This document shows, piece after piece, positions 9,242 through 18,673 of a stretch of 64,000 nt of DNA; the first letter of the stretch is position 1; every line of letters starts with the position of its first letter. This DNA comes from an uncultured Spirochaetota bacterium (GTDB lineage: Bacteria > Spirochaetota > Brevinematia > Brevinematales > JAOACQ01). The notes beneath the pieces are model-generated. The model saw nothing but the letters and a program-made list of their open reading frames with translations. It was not told the origin of the DNA and did no database searches. Position numbers and translations under genes: made by a program. Where the stretch lies: the NCBI GenBank assembly GCA_963768055.1, contig CAVYGN010000001.1, positions 832,001 to 896,000 of the forward strand, read 5' to 3'.

Positions 9242-10225
9242 TTGGGACCGATAAAATTAGGAATAATAGGCTGCGGTATTGCCGCCCGCGATCTGCATCT
9301 TCCTGTAATACAGGCCTTAAAGGATAAATACAAGATAGTTATGGTCTGCAATCATACCGAAGAAAAAGCAAGGGATTTCGCGATATCGGCCGGTAACGTA
9401 CCTTATACACGTAACTATAAAGAACTTCTCAAAAACCCGGAAGTAGAGGCTGTGGATATAACCGTGCCGATTCATCTTAATTATGAAGTCGTTAAGAGCG
9501 CCATAAGGTTTAAGAAGCATGTTATAGTTGAAAAACCTTTAGCGGCAAACCTCGACGACGCGAAGAAGCTTTCGGGTATTGAAAAACATTACCGCAAGGT
9601 TTTAATGGTGGCGGAAAACTATAGATATTCCCCTATATACAGGAAAGCCGGAGAATTGATCAGGGAAGGCAGGATAGGAGAGCTTTACGGGGCGTTCTGG
9701 AATATTTTCAGGCGGCTGGATGAAAACGATAAATACGCAAAAACCGAATGGCGTATCAACCATAAATACGAGGGTGGATTTATCATGGACGCCGGGATAC
9801 ATAACATAGCGGTTCTCCGCATGCTTTGCGGGGAATTTTCCTCGGGAATTGCGGCCGTTGAATGTATAAATCCCAGAATAGGGAAGATGGATTCGATGAG
9901 CTTTTTATTCGCTACAACGAATATGGTAAAAGGCGTATTTAATATGTATTACAGTGTTATCGGCTATGCGGAGGAAAAGCTCCTTCTTATTGGAACCGAG
10001 GGCAGTATAACTGTGGAGAACGGATCAAGGATCATTCTTAAAAGGGAGGGTGAAGAGGATCAGATTACCGACATGCCGGGCAGCGGAGGGTATCTTGAGG
10101 AATTCGTAAATTTTTACGAAGCGGTACGGGGCGGAGGAAAAGTTGTAAGCACTTTTCATGAAGCGTATATGGATCTTATGGTAATGCTCGGGGCCATTCA
10201 TTCCGCCGACAGCAAGCCTTCCTAA
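9242..10225 (+). CDS. Gfo/Idh/MocA-family oxidoreductase
   Basis: GIIGCGIAA, HVIVEKP, GGFIMDAGIH; TTG start after GGAGG. Confidence 0.9.
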   Translation: MGPIKLGIIGCGIAARDLHLPVIQALKDKYKIVMVCNHTEEKARDFAISAGNVPYTRNYKELLKNPEVEAVDITVPIHLNYEVVKSAIRFKKHVIVEKPLAANLDDAKKLSGIEKHYRKVLMVAENYRYSPIYRKAGELIREGRIGELYGAFWNIFRRLDENDKYAKTEWRINHKYEGGFIMDAGIHNIAVLRMLCGEFSSGIAAVECINPRIGKMDSMSFLFATTNMVKGVFNMYYSVIGYAEEKLLLIGTEGSITVENGSRIILKREGEEDQITDMPGSGGYLEEFVNFYEAVRGGGKVVSTFHEAYMDLMVMLGAIHSADSKPS

Positions 10226-11028
10226 TAAGCGAACGGCTCATGAGTCTTCCAATCGAGCATAAAGGGTTCTTCGGGTTCTTTGTCGGTATCGATCTTATCG
10301 ACGTCGAATTTCACATCTTCTTTCAGGTCAGTGTTCGCGATGCCTTCAATATCCACAGTTTCTTCAAGCCTGTCCGGCTTGAACCTTTCCATATGCCCGT
10401 AAACCCTTACCCAATCATCGTTTTTATACGGCCTGATGCCGTTTGTGCTTATCCTGAATCCTATAGCACACGCGTCGACAATACAGCATACCATCGCGAC
10501 ACGCATAAGTGCGATCTGTCCCTTTTTTTCAAGCTGAGGGTTTTTGTAAACGAAAGCCCTGAAAACATAATTGTTGTTCTTGATGATCGCATCTACTTTT
10601 TTCTTAGGGTTGTTGTAAAGGATCATATAGAGTTCGCCAAGGTTGATCGGGATATATTCTACCCCGTTATAAGTTACCCTTCCGGTTTTCGGATCGGACC
10701 CCTCGAGTTTTACCGGCTGGTATTTCTGCGTGATCTGGTTCGTATTTGTGATATTTCCAAGCTGAATTCCATGCAGCCTTACAGCCGGCGCCAACAAGCA
10801 TAAAATAACAAAAATTATTATAATCACCGCCGTGGACGGTTTTACCGAAATGCCGGTAAAAAGGGTGGCCAGGCCTGAAATGATAAGCAAAGCCCCGGTG
10901 GCCCCCGTCAGCCAGAGGAATTTTGAGCTCATGATATTGTGATATCCCCCTGAAAATATAAGATACATAATATATGATCCTATGGCCAGCAGGAAGATGG
11001 AAGCAAGGATCGATAAAAATTTCTTCAT
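10222..11028 (-). CDS. TIGR03943/DUF1980-family putative permease subunit
   Basis: Three N-terminal TM helices and the R-x-AMVCCIVDA / DDWVRVYG motif; lies downstream of the DUF318 permease. Confidence 0.7.
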   Translation of the reverse strand: MKKFLSILASIFLLAIGSYIMYLIFSGGYHNIMSSKFLWLTGATGALLIISGLATLFTGISVKPSTAVIIIIFVILCLLAPAVRLHGIQLGNITNTNQITQKYQPVKLEGSDPKTGRVTYNGVEYIPINLGELYMILYNNPKKKVDAIIKNNNYVFRAFVYKNPQLEKKGQIALMRVAMVCCIVDACAIGFRISTNGIRPYKNDDWVRVYGHMERFKPDRLEETVDIEGIANTDLKEDVKFDVDKIDTDKEPEEPFMLDWKTHEPFAY

Positions 11029-11033
11029 ATACT

Positions 11034-11942
11034 TTACCCCGATAAAAGAGCTATTATATTCGTGATTAAAAATACCATCGATGCTGAAATTATTGCGATA
11101 TATAAAAGGGCCTTTCTTTTTAAAGTCCCTCCGTACATTATTATGGATTTCAAACCAAGGACCGGCCCGATCGTGACAAAAGCCAGCTGGGCGGATGGTG
11201 AAAATTTAATGAATGAGGATGCAACGAAAGCATCCGCCCCGGAGCAGATGGAAAGCATTATTGCGAAAGCCATCATAAAAAATACGGACAGCGGAAGGTT
11301 ATGTTCGAAAAATATCGAAACGCTTTTAGGAGCGAAAATCCTGAAAGCCGATGCAAGTATCGCCCCGGCGATGAGATATTTTGACATTTCCAGGAATTCC
11401 CCGGCGGAATGCTTCACCAGGAAAGATAATCTTTCCCCAGGGGGTATGTGATCCTCAATAAAACATTCGCCGTTATGGTCATGGCAGGCTTTATCGCTTT
11501 CTTTTATGCCGTACCTGCTGAAAATATCTTTCTGGCCGGATAAAGCTATTCCGACGGTTACTGCGACTGCGGCCGATATGGCCATCCTGCCGAGGACCAT
11601 CATTAAATTGAAACGGAAAGCCACGTATGTCGCTATAATGACTATCGGATTGATCACAGGCGCCGCCATCATATAAACTACTGCAAGGTGCTGCGGCAGG
11701 CCTTTTTTCGCAAATTTTCTGGCAATCGGGATCACACCGCATTCGCATGTCGGAAGCATCATGCCCAGCAAGAGAGCAAGAATGAAGCCGGGCGCTCCCT
11801 TCCCGAAGATTTTGTGCCTGAATATTTTTTCCGGAAGAAATATTTCTATAAGAATGCCGATCACGGATCCCGCCAGTAAAAACGGCAAAGCATCCAGTAC
11901 CAGCGCAACCGTATAGATGGCAAACATATCGAATTTAAGCAT
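11034..11942 (-). CDS. DUF318 (ArsP_1/YcgR-like) permease
   Basis: PTCECGVIP, AAPVINP and SICSGADAF motifs; His/Cys loop CHDHNGEC. Confidence 0.85.
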   Translation of the reverse strand: MLKFDMFAIYTVALVLDALPFLLAGSVIGILIEIFLPEKIFRHKIFGKGAPGFILALLLGMMLPTCECGVIPIARKFAKKGLPQHLAVVYMMAAPVINPIVIIATYVAFRFNLMMVLGRMAISAAVAVTVGIALSGQKDIFSRYGIKESDKACHDHNGECFIEDHIPPGERLSFLVKHSAGEFLEMSKYLIAGAILASAFRIFAPKSVSIFFEHNLPLSVFFMMAFAIMLSICSGADAFVASSFIKFSPSAQLAFVTIGPVLGLKSIIMYGGTLKRKALLYIAIISASMVFLITNIIALLSG

Positions 11943-12384
11943 CCTTGCCCCTATTGACGGCGGAGCAGTCGCCGCAGTAGCCGTAAATTTCGAGTTTATG
12001 CCCGGTGGCGCTGAAGCCGGTTTTTTTTCGCAATATCTTCATTTCCCTTACGCCGATGGGGCAGTTTTCAATCGATATGATTTTATGGCATCCGATGCAG
12101 ACTGCATGATGCCTGTGTTCATCCCTGTTTATTTCAAATCTCGCCTTTCCATCGTTGAACAGGCTGGTTTTTAATGTGAAACCGTTGGCGGTAAGCGTTT
12201 CGAAAGTCCTGTAAACAGTAGAGAGATTGAGGTTACAGCTTACAGGTTTGAGTTTTAAAAAAACCTCTACGGCTGTCATGGGTTCCTTCGATTTTTCCAG
12301 AACTTCAAGGATCGATCTTCTATGCCTTGTGTTTCTAAGGCCCTTCTGTTTAAGTGTTTTAATATCGCTGCTTTTCAACTTCAA
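11935..12384 (-). CDS. zur: Fur-family transcriptional regulator, probably Zur
   Basis: LSTVYR, HRHHAVCIGC and YGYCGDC motifs; inside the znuCB operon. The start may be the TTG at 12378. Confidence 0.85.
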   Translation of the reverse strand: MKLKSSDIKTLKQKGLRNTRHRRSILEVLEKSKEPMTAVEVFLKLKPVSCNLNLSTVYRTFETLTANGFTLKTSLFNDGKARFEINRDEHRHHAVCIGCHKIISIENCPIGVREMKILRKKTGFSATGHKLEIYGYCGDCSAVNRGKDA

Positions 12385-13228
12385 AGACTCCTCCTTTGCC
12401 GCCGGCTGTTTTTTTTAGCGATGAGGCTGCAGGCCTGATCTTTGATAACATCATGATGACTAGCGTTAATACTCCGACTATAATAATAGTACCGCCGGGC
12501 TTTAAATTCAGATAGAATGAAATAAACAGCCCTGAAATTGTGAAGATCAAAGCGAATATGACGGATAATGAGACCGTTTGCTTATAACTTTTCGATACCT
12601 GCATAGCGCAGGCGACGGGCAGAACGAGTAGGGATGAAATAACCAGAGTGCCGACCACCCGGGAGGATATTGAAATCGTTACAGCCGTTAACAGGGTAAA
12701 AACGATATTTATCAGGCTTACAGGTATTCCTGCGAGCCTTGCCGATTCCTCGTCGAATGTCATATAAAAAAGTTCTTTATAAAGAAGAATTACGGTTACA
12801 AGGACCATAACGCATAAAAAAACAATCATATAAAGTTCAAAATCACTGATAGCCACAATGCTTCCGAAAAGAAAACTGTTGAAACTTGAACTGTTTTTTA
12901 CAAAACCCGATAATATTCCGGCGAGCCCGATCCCTGTGGACATAATAACAGCTATAGCAATTTCCGAGTACCGGGGAAATGCCCTTCTGATTCTTTCAAT
13001 ACTGAAAGCGGAAATGACTGTAAAAAATACGGCGCCCAGGACCGGGTTGATGCCGAATACAAGGCCGGCAGCAACCCCTGCCAGGGACGTGTGGGAAAAC
13101 GCGTCGCCTATCATTGAGAGCCTTTTCAGAACTACTATAACGCCTATAAGCGGCGTTATTATTGCGATCAGGACCCCAACTATAAGAGCCTTTATCATGA
13201 AATCGTATTCAAAAATATTAAGCATCAC
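12359..13228 (-). CDS. znuB: Zinc ABC transporter permease
   Basis: IGDAFSHTSLAGVA, FLFGSI, FDEESARLAG, PGGTII. Confidence 0.92.
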   Translation of the reverse strand: MMLNIFEYDFMIKALIVGVLIAIITPLIGVIVVLKRLSMIGDAFSHTSLAGVAAGLVFGINPVLGAVFFTVISAFSIERIRRAFPRYSEIAIAVIMSTGIGLAGILSGFVKNSSSFNSFLFGSIVAISDFELYMIVFLCVMVLVTVILLYKELFYMTFDEESARLAGIPVSLINIVFTLLTAVTISISSRVVGTLVISSLLVLPVACAMQVSKSYKQTVSLSVIFALIFTISGLFISFYLNLKPGGTIIIVGVLTLVIMMLSKIRPAASSLKKTAGGKGGVFEVEKQRY

Positions 13229-14019
13229 AATTCTCCATGCCTGCAGCTGTTCCTGCTTTCATTATGCAGATGGACGCCATGGCCGTATATTTCAGTTAAA
13301 AGATCGTTTGAGATTTTCTCATCCGGCGAATGTTCGAAAAAGCCGTTCTCGCCCAGGCAGACGAACCTGCTGGCGTGAATGGTCAATGCAAGGATGTCAT
13401 GGCTTACCATTATGACCGTCAACCCCAATTCATCGTTAAGATCCCTTAGAAGGCAGTACACAGCCTCTTCTGATCTGACATCTATTCCGGCTGTAGGTTC
13501 ATCAAGAATGAGCATCTCCGGTTCGCTGACCAGAACCCTGGCTATGAATACCCTCTGCTGCTGGCCGCCCGAAAGGTTGCCTATCATTTCTTTTCCCCGG
13601 TCCTGCATGCCAACCTTTTCAAGGGCGGTATAAACAAGGTCCCTGTGCTCTTTTTTCGGGGCTTTAAACAAGCCTACTCTGGAAAAAAGATTTGCCCCGA
13701 CAATTTCCTCAACGGAAGCAGGAAAGCTCAAATTGAAAGATGTGGCGGTTTGAGATATATACCCGACTTTGCTCCATCCGTTAAAACTGTTTATGTTAAT
13801 TCCGAACAGCTTTATTTCACCCCCGGTAGGGTTAAGGATCTTAAGAATAAGCTTAACGAGAGTGCTTTTCCCCGAACCGTTGGCGCCGATGACGCCCATA
13901 TAATCACCCTTGTTTATAGAGAAGCTGATGTCGTTTATCAGCGGCTTGTTATTGTAAGAGAAACTAAGGTGGCTGATTTCCACTACTTTATTCATAATAT
14001 GATTATCGCTTATTTCCAT
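13225..14019 (-). CDS. znuC: Zinc ABC transporter ATP-binding protein
   Basis: GANGSGKST, LSGGQQQRV, LILDEPT; His/Cys C-terminal tail. Alternative start at 13995. Confidence 0.92.
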   Translation of the reverse strand: MEISDNHIMNKVVEISHLSFSYNNKPLINDISFSINKGDYMGVIGANGSGKSTLVKLILKILNPTGGEIKLFGININSFNGWSKVGYISQTATSFNLSFPASVEEIVGANLFSRVGLFKAPKKEHRDLVYTALEKVGMQDRGKEMIGNLSGGQQQRVFIARVLVSEPEMLILDEPTAGIDVRSEEAVYCLLRDLNDELGLTVIMVSHDILALTIHASRFVCLGENGFFEHSPDEKISNDLLTEIYGHGVHLHNESRNSCRHGEL

Positions 14020-14063
14020 CTATTTTTCAACTTTGCCCCGGGGCACTTGCTCCGGGGCAGCAC

Positions 14064-14080
14064 ATGCAAACAGTTTGCAT
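14064..14080. promoter_or_regulatory. Candidate Zur operator ATGCAAAC-A-GTTTGCAT
   Basis: Perfect 8-1-8 palindrome just downstream of the znuC -10 box; same consensus as 4319-4335. Confidence 0.75.
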
Positions 14081-14089
14081 CAACGATAA

Positions 14090-14119
14090 ATTATAATATG
14101 GTTATCAACCGGCTGTCAA
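14090..14119 (-). promoter_or_regulatory. Sigma70 promoter of the znuC operon
   Basis: On the minus strand: TTGACA (14114-14119), 18 bp, TATAAT (14090-14095). Confidence 0.75.
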
Positions 14120-14159
14120 AATGTTGACTCTTTTTTTTTAAATGCTTATTTTTTAAACT

Positions 14160-14180
14160 AGTCGATAGTCAACAGTCAAC
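14160..14180. repeat. Three AGTCnnn heptamers
   Basis: AGTCGAT AGTCAAC AGTCAAC in the gnd leader; same register as the 47636-47670 heptamers. Confidence 0.55.
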
Positions 14181-14198
14181 ATCGATGAGGAGGGCGTT

Positions 14199-15173
14199 AT
14201 GCGTCTTGGTATGATCGGCCTCGGCAGAATGGGCTTGAACATGGCCAGGCGGCTTATCCTGGACGGCCATGAAGTGGCCGCATACAACAGGACATATGAA
14301 AAAGTAAGGGAATTTGAAAAAGAGGGGGGGATCGGATCTTCGACGATTGAAGAATTCATCGGTAAACTTAATCCCCCCAGGATAATCTGGCTTATGCTGC
14401 CTGCGGGTAAAATCACGGAAGAGCATTTAGAGAGGCTTAAACCCTTTTTAATAAAAGGAGACATTATTATCGAAGGCGGAAATACATACTACAAGGACGA
14501 TATCCGAAGGGCCGGCGAGTTCTGGAAATCGGGAATATTCTACATGGATGCGGGAGTTTCAGGGGGGATATGGGGATTAAAAAACGGTTATTCGACAATG
14601 GTGGGAGGAAACAGGGATACTTTTTTAATAATCGAACCGCTAATTAAATCGATCGCCCCCGAGGAGGGTTACCTTTACTGCGGCCCTTCGGGAGCCGGCC
14701 ATTTTGTTAAAATGATTCATAACGGAATCGAATACGCCCTCATGGAGGCCTATGGAGAAGGCTTCCAGGTCTTAAAAGCCTCCGGTTATGGTCCTGAAAT
14801 CAAATTAAGGGATGTGGCTCATATCTGGAACAGGGGGAGCGTAGTCAGGTCCTGGCTTTTGGAACTTCTGGAATCAGCCTTTGATAGAGATGACGACCTT
14901 TCCGGTATCCAGGGTTATGTTGAAGATTCCGGCGAGGCGCGATGGACTGTAAAAGAAGCGCTCGATGAGGGGGTAGCTGCTGACGTAATAAGCGCTTCGC
15001 TCTTCAAAAGGTTCAATTCGAGGCAGAAAGATGTGTTCGCAAACAGGGTAATAGCTGCACTCCGCAATGAATTCGGGGGCCATTCGATACTGAAAAAGGG
15101 AGAGAATTTCGAAGAACATGGAGAAGGCGCTGGCAGGATAAAACACTCGATGCCGGAAGAGAGGCCGGAGTGA
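14199..15173 (+). CDS. gnd: 6-phosphogluconate dehydrogenase (decarboxylating), short YqeC/GntZ type
   Basis: GLGRMG, DAGVSGG, GHFVKMIHNGIEY, ALRNEFGGH. Confidence 0.95.
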   Translation: MRLGMIGLGRMGLNMARRLILDGHEVAAYNRTYEKVREFEKEGGIGSSTIEEFIGKLNPPRIIWLMLPAGKITEEHLERLKPFLIKGDIIIEGGNTYYKDDIRRAGEFWKSGIFYMDAGVSGGIWGLKNGYSTMVGGNRDTFLIIEPLIKSIAPEEGYLYCGPSGAGHFVKMIHNGIEYALMEAYGEGFQVLKASGYGPEIKLRDVAHIWNRGSVVRSWLLELLESAFDRDDDLSGIQGYVEDSGEARWTVKEALDEGVAADVISASLFKRFNSRQKDVFANRVIAALRNEFGGHSILKKGENFEEHGEGAGRIKHSMPEERPE

Positions 15174-16711
15174 ACGTCAGGAATAATATCAAACTTTCCG
15201 GTTTTTGTGAAATTGAAAAAGCCCCCCCATGCGGATTTGTTCTTTTCGGAGCTTCGGGGGATCTCGCAGGAAAAAAGCTTCTGCCGTCGTTATTCAAGCT
15301 CTATCGATCCGGAAGAATATCTGAAAGCTTTTTCATAGTAGGTTTCGCAAGGACAGTAATGAATGAAAACGAATTCAGGGCCAGGGTGAGAAAATCTGTC
15401 AAAGACGCCTTGGATGAAGTTAACCCGGTTTCTCTTAGCGGTTTCGCCTCAAGATGCTTTTATATCCCCGGAGGTTATGATAGCGATTCAAGCTATCTCG
15501 ATCTTGGTAAAAAGTTGAAAATCCTGGAGAAAGAATTTCATACCGGAGGGAATATTGTATGCAAACTTGCAGTTCCTCCCGATCTATACGGACCTATCGT
15601 TCAAAAACTGGGAATAAACTCAATTATAAAAAAAGGCCAGAATGAAGGGCCTTATCAAAGGGTCATGGTGGAAAAGCCTTTCGGGAGGGACTTTGAAAGC
15701 GCGGCTGCATTGAACGGCCTGATGCTGGAATATCTGACCGACGAGCAGATTTACAGGATCGATCATTATCTTGGAAAAAATACCGTTCAGAATATTCTCG
15801 TTTTCAGGTTTGCGAACATGATCTTTGAACCTGTATGGGACCATAACAGTATCGATCATGTCCAGATTGCCGTAAACGAGGACGACGGTGTTGGAAACAG
15901 AGCCGGATATTTTGAGCGCGCCGGGCTTATCAGGGACATCCTTCAGAACCATTTAATGCAGGTCCTGACCCTTGTTGCAATGGAACAACCCCCATCTTTC
16001 GACGCGGAATCCATAAATGACGAAAAAACAAAAGTGCTTGCCTCTATAGAACCCTTCAGGATCGGAAAACTGGAAGATTCTATCATAAGGGGGCAATATT
16101 CCGCAGGTACTATCGGAGGAAATGCTGTACCCGGCTACAGGGACGAACCCGGCGTCGATAGTAATTCCTGTGTTGAAACATATTTCGCATCAAAATTGTT
16201 CATCAATAACAGCAGGTGGACGGGAACCCCTTTTTATTTAAGGGCAGGAAAAAGGCTTAAAAATAAATCCACGAAAATACATATCGTCTTCAAGGAAATG
16301 GCTGACTGTTTATTCTGTAAACTGGGAATAAAACATGATCCCAACATCCTGACCTTCGGAATTCAACCTGAACAGGAAGTATCGCTTAAGTTTATAGCAA
16401 AAGTACCGGGCGCAAAGCTTTGCCTGTCCCCTCTGGATATGGATTTCAATTACAGGGATATTTTCGGCAATGATACGGGAGGCGATTATGAAACTGTCAT
16501 CCTTGACTGCATGCTGGGAGACCAGACCCTTTTCTGGAGAAAGGACGGAGTCGAGGAGTCCTGGAAACTGCTGACTCCCGTACTGAAAGAATGGGAAGAA
16601 TGCCCGGTTTCAAGCAAAAAGAAAAGGCTCTATTTTTATAAATCGGGCGGCCGGGGTCCTGAACAGGCCGTCAGTTTCATCGGAAGGGACGGCAGGGCAT
16701 GGATCGATTAA
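15170..16711 (+). CDS. zwf: Glucose-6-phosphate 1-dehydrogenase
   Basis: FGASGDLA, EKPFG, RIDHYLGK. Confidence 0.97.
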   Translation: MNVRNNIKLSGFCEIEKAPPCGFVLFGASGDLAGKKLLPSLFKLYRSGRISESFFIVGFARTVMNENEFRARVRKSVKDALDEVNPVSLSGFASRCFYIPGGYDSDSSYLDLGKKLKILEKEFHTGGNIVCKLAVPPDLYGPIVQKLGINSIIKKGQNEGPYQRVMVEKPFGRDFESAAALNGLMLEYLTDEQIYRIDHYLGKNTVQNILVFRFANMIFEPVWDHNSIDHVQIAVNEDDGVGNRAGYFERAGLIRDILQNHLMQVLTLVAMEQPPSFDAESINDEKTKVLASIEPFRIGKLEDSIIRGQYSAGTIGGNAVPGYRDEPGVDSNSCVETYFASKLFINNSRWTGTPFYLRAGKRLKNKSTKIHIVFKEMADCLFCKLGIKHDPNILTFGIQPEQEVSLKFIAKVPGAKLCLSPLDMDFNYRDIFGNDTGGDYETVILDCMLGDQTLFWRKDGVEESWKLLTPVLKEWEECPVSSKKKRLYFYKSGGRGPEQAVSFIGRDGRAWID

Positions 16712-17454
16712 AATATGATGTAAGGAAATTCGGCAGTTTATCCGAAATGAGCGATAATGCCGCGGAATATATTGTCAGCGCTGTAGAATCAGTTAATATG
16801 ACGGGCGGGATTTGTGCTATCGCCCTTCCCGGAGGGGATTCTCCCAAATGTTTATTCCAAAAACTTGGCAGCGGGAGTTTCAGCGAAAGGATTCAATGGA
16901 GCTCTCTTATGATATTCTGGAGCGATGAGAGGTATATAGGGCCGGATTCGGAGGAAAGTAATTTCAGGACAGCCTATGTCAATATGCTGTGCAACGTACC
17001 GGTCCCTGATGGAAATATATTCAGGGTTCCGGTGGGAGAACCTACGCCCGGAAAATCAGCCCTGCTCTATGAAAGAATAATGAGGGAACAGTTCTTGAAA
17101 ATGGGCGGGAAGCACAAGAGGGGGAAATTTCCGGCTTTCGATATAATGATCCTCGGAGTTGGCGAAGACGGGCATACGGCGTCCCTTTTCCCCGGCAGCA
17201 GCGCGCTTGAAGAAAGGGCCAGGTGGGCTGTTCATGTAAGGGGAGGCCCCGAACTGAAAGTGCGGGACAGGATAACATTGACCCTGCCGGTTATCAACGC
17301 GTCTGTCAAAGTTGTTTTCGTCGTATCGGGCCGTAGAAAGGGCAGGGCGGTATCCAAGATCCTTTCGCTTAAAAGGCCGGGCATATCGCTTCCGGCTTCC
17401 CGGGTTCAAGGGACCGGGAAAACTGTATGGTTCATTGACGAATCGGGCGGGTAA
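16699..17454 (+). CDS. pgl: 6-phosphogluconolactonase
   Basis: GGDSP, WSDERY, GEDGHTASLFP, RITLTLP. Confidence 0.95.
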   Translation: MDRLKYDVRKFGSLSEMSDNAAEYIVSAVESVNMTGGICAIALPGGDSPKCLFQKLGSGSFSERIQWSSLMIFWSDERYIGPDSEESNFRTAYVNMLCNVPVPDGNIFRVPVGEPTPGKSALLYERIMREQFLKMGGKHKRGKFPAFDIMILGVGEDGHTASLFPGSSALEERARWAVHVRGGPELKVRDRITLTLPVINASVKVVFVVSGRRKGRAVSKILSLKRPGISLPASRVQGTGKTVWFIDESGG

Positions 17455-17588
17455 TAAATATCTATTTTTATATTGCTGCCCCGATCATTCGGATTAGCGA
17501 GGATGATTGCTCCGGGAAATCCGAAAAACCTGAAAGTCTTGCCAGAATAAAAACAGCATTGTAAAATAGTGTTATAGAAGGTTAACGT

Positions 17589-18653
17589 TTGAATAAAATA
17601 AAGGTATTAATCGTTGACGATTCTGCGATAATCCGGGATATACTCTCGGAAAAATTATCAGGGCAGACGGATATAGAAGTAGTCGGCACGGCACCGGATC
17701 CTTATGTAGCCCGCGATAAAATTCTACGGCTCAATCCCGATATCATAACTCTTGATATAGAAATGCCCCGTATGGATGGGCTCACATTTCTTGAAAAATT
17801 AATGGCTTATTTCCCGATGCCAGTCATAGTGGTAAGTTCTGTTACGGCTAAAGATAAATTCGCCGCTGTCAAGGCCCTGGAACTAGGCGCTTTTGACGTG
17901 GTTAATAAGCCAGGGGGAAGCTTAACAATAGGGGATGTGATTGAAGATATCCTTTTTAAGATACGTCAGGCTTACCTGTTGCGGGAAAATTATATTACAA
18001 AACGTAAGATAATCGACGAGCAGATCATCCGGAAAATCCGGCCGGTCGGTAAAATCTCTATTATGCCAGGCATTTCGACAACTGACCGGTTTATAGCTAT
18101 CGGAGCTTCAACCGGCGGTACTGTAGCCCTTGAATATATCATAAAAAACCTGCCGGCTAATCTTCCGGCAATTCTGGTGGTCCAGCATATGCCCCCCGAA
18201 TTTACCAAGCAATTTGCTGACCGTCTTGATGATATGTCAGAATTAAATGTCAAGGAAGCTGAAGAAGGTGAGATCATAACTTCAGGTACTGTTTATATCG
18301 CCCCCGGCGGTATTCACCTTTCTCTTGCAAGGCAAGGTTTATCGCTTTACACAAAACTTCTTGATACTCAAAGGGAGAATTTTCAAAAACCTTCTGTAGA
18401 TGTATTATTCCGGTCTATGGCGGAAAATGCCGGTAAAAATTCTCTGGGAATTATTTTGACAGGGATGGGCAAAGACGGGTCAGCGGGGCTGCTTCAAATG
18501 AAAAACGCCGGAGCTCAGACCGTTGCTCAGGATGAAGCTTCTTCGGTGGTTTATGGTATGCCCAGATCTGCAGTTGAAATCGGAGCTGCGACTGAAGTTA
18601 TTTCTCTCGATAAAATACCGGACAGGATTATACTCTACGCAGCATCATCCTGA
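17589..18653 (+). CDS. cheB: Chemotaxis methylesterase response regulator CheB
   Basis: REC domain (LDIEMPRMDG) plus IGASTGG, VQHMP and LTGMGKDG. Confidence 0.97.
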   Translation: MNKIKVLIVDDSAIIRDILSEKLSGQTDIEVVGTAPDPYVARDKILRLNPDIITLDIEMPRMDGLTFLEKLMAYFPMPVIVVSSVTAKDKFAAVKALELGAFDVVNKPGGSLTIGDVIEDILFKIRQAYLLRENYITKRKIIDEQIIRKIRPVGKISIMPGISTTDRFIAIGASTGGTVALEYIIKNLPANLPAILVVQHMPPEFTKQFADRLDDMSELNVKEAEEGEIITSGTVYIAPGGIHLSLARQGLSLYTKLLDTQRENFQKPSVDVLFRSMAENAGKNSLGIILTGMGKDGSAGLLQMKNAGAQTVAQDEASSVVYGMPRSAVEIGAATEVISLDKIPDRIILYAASS

Positions 18654-18673
18654 TCAGAAATCAAACCGCCGTT

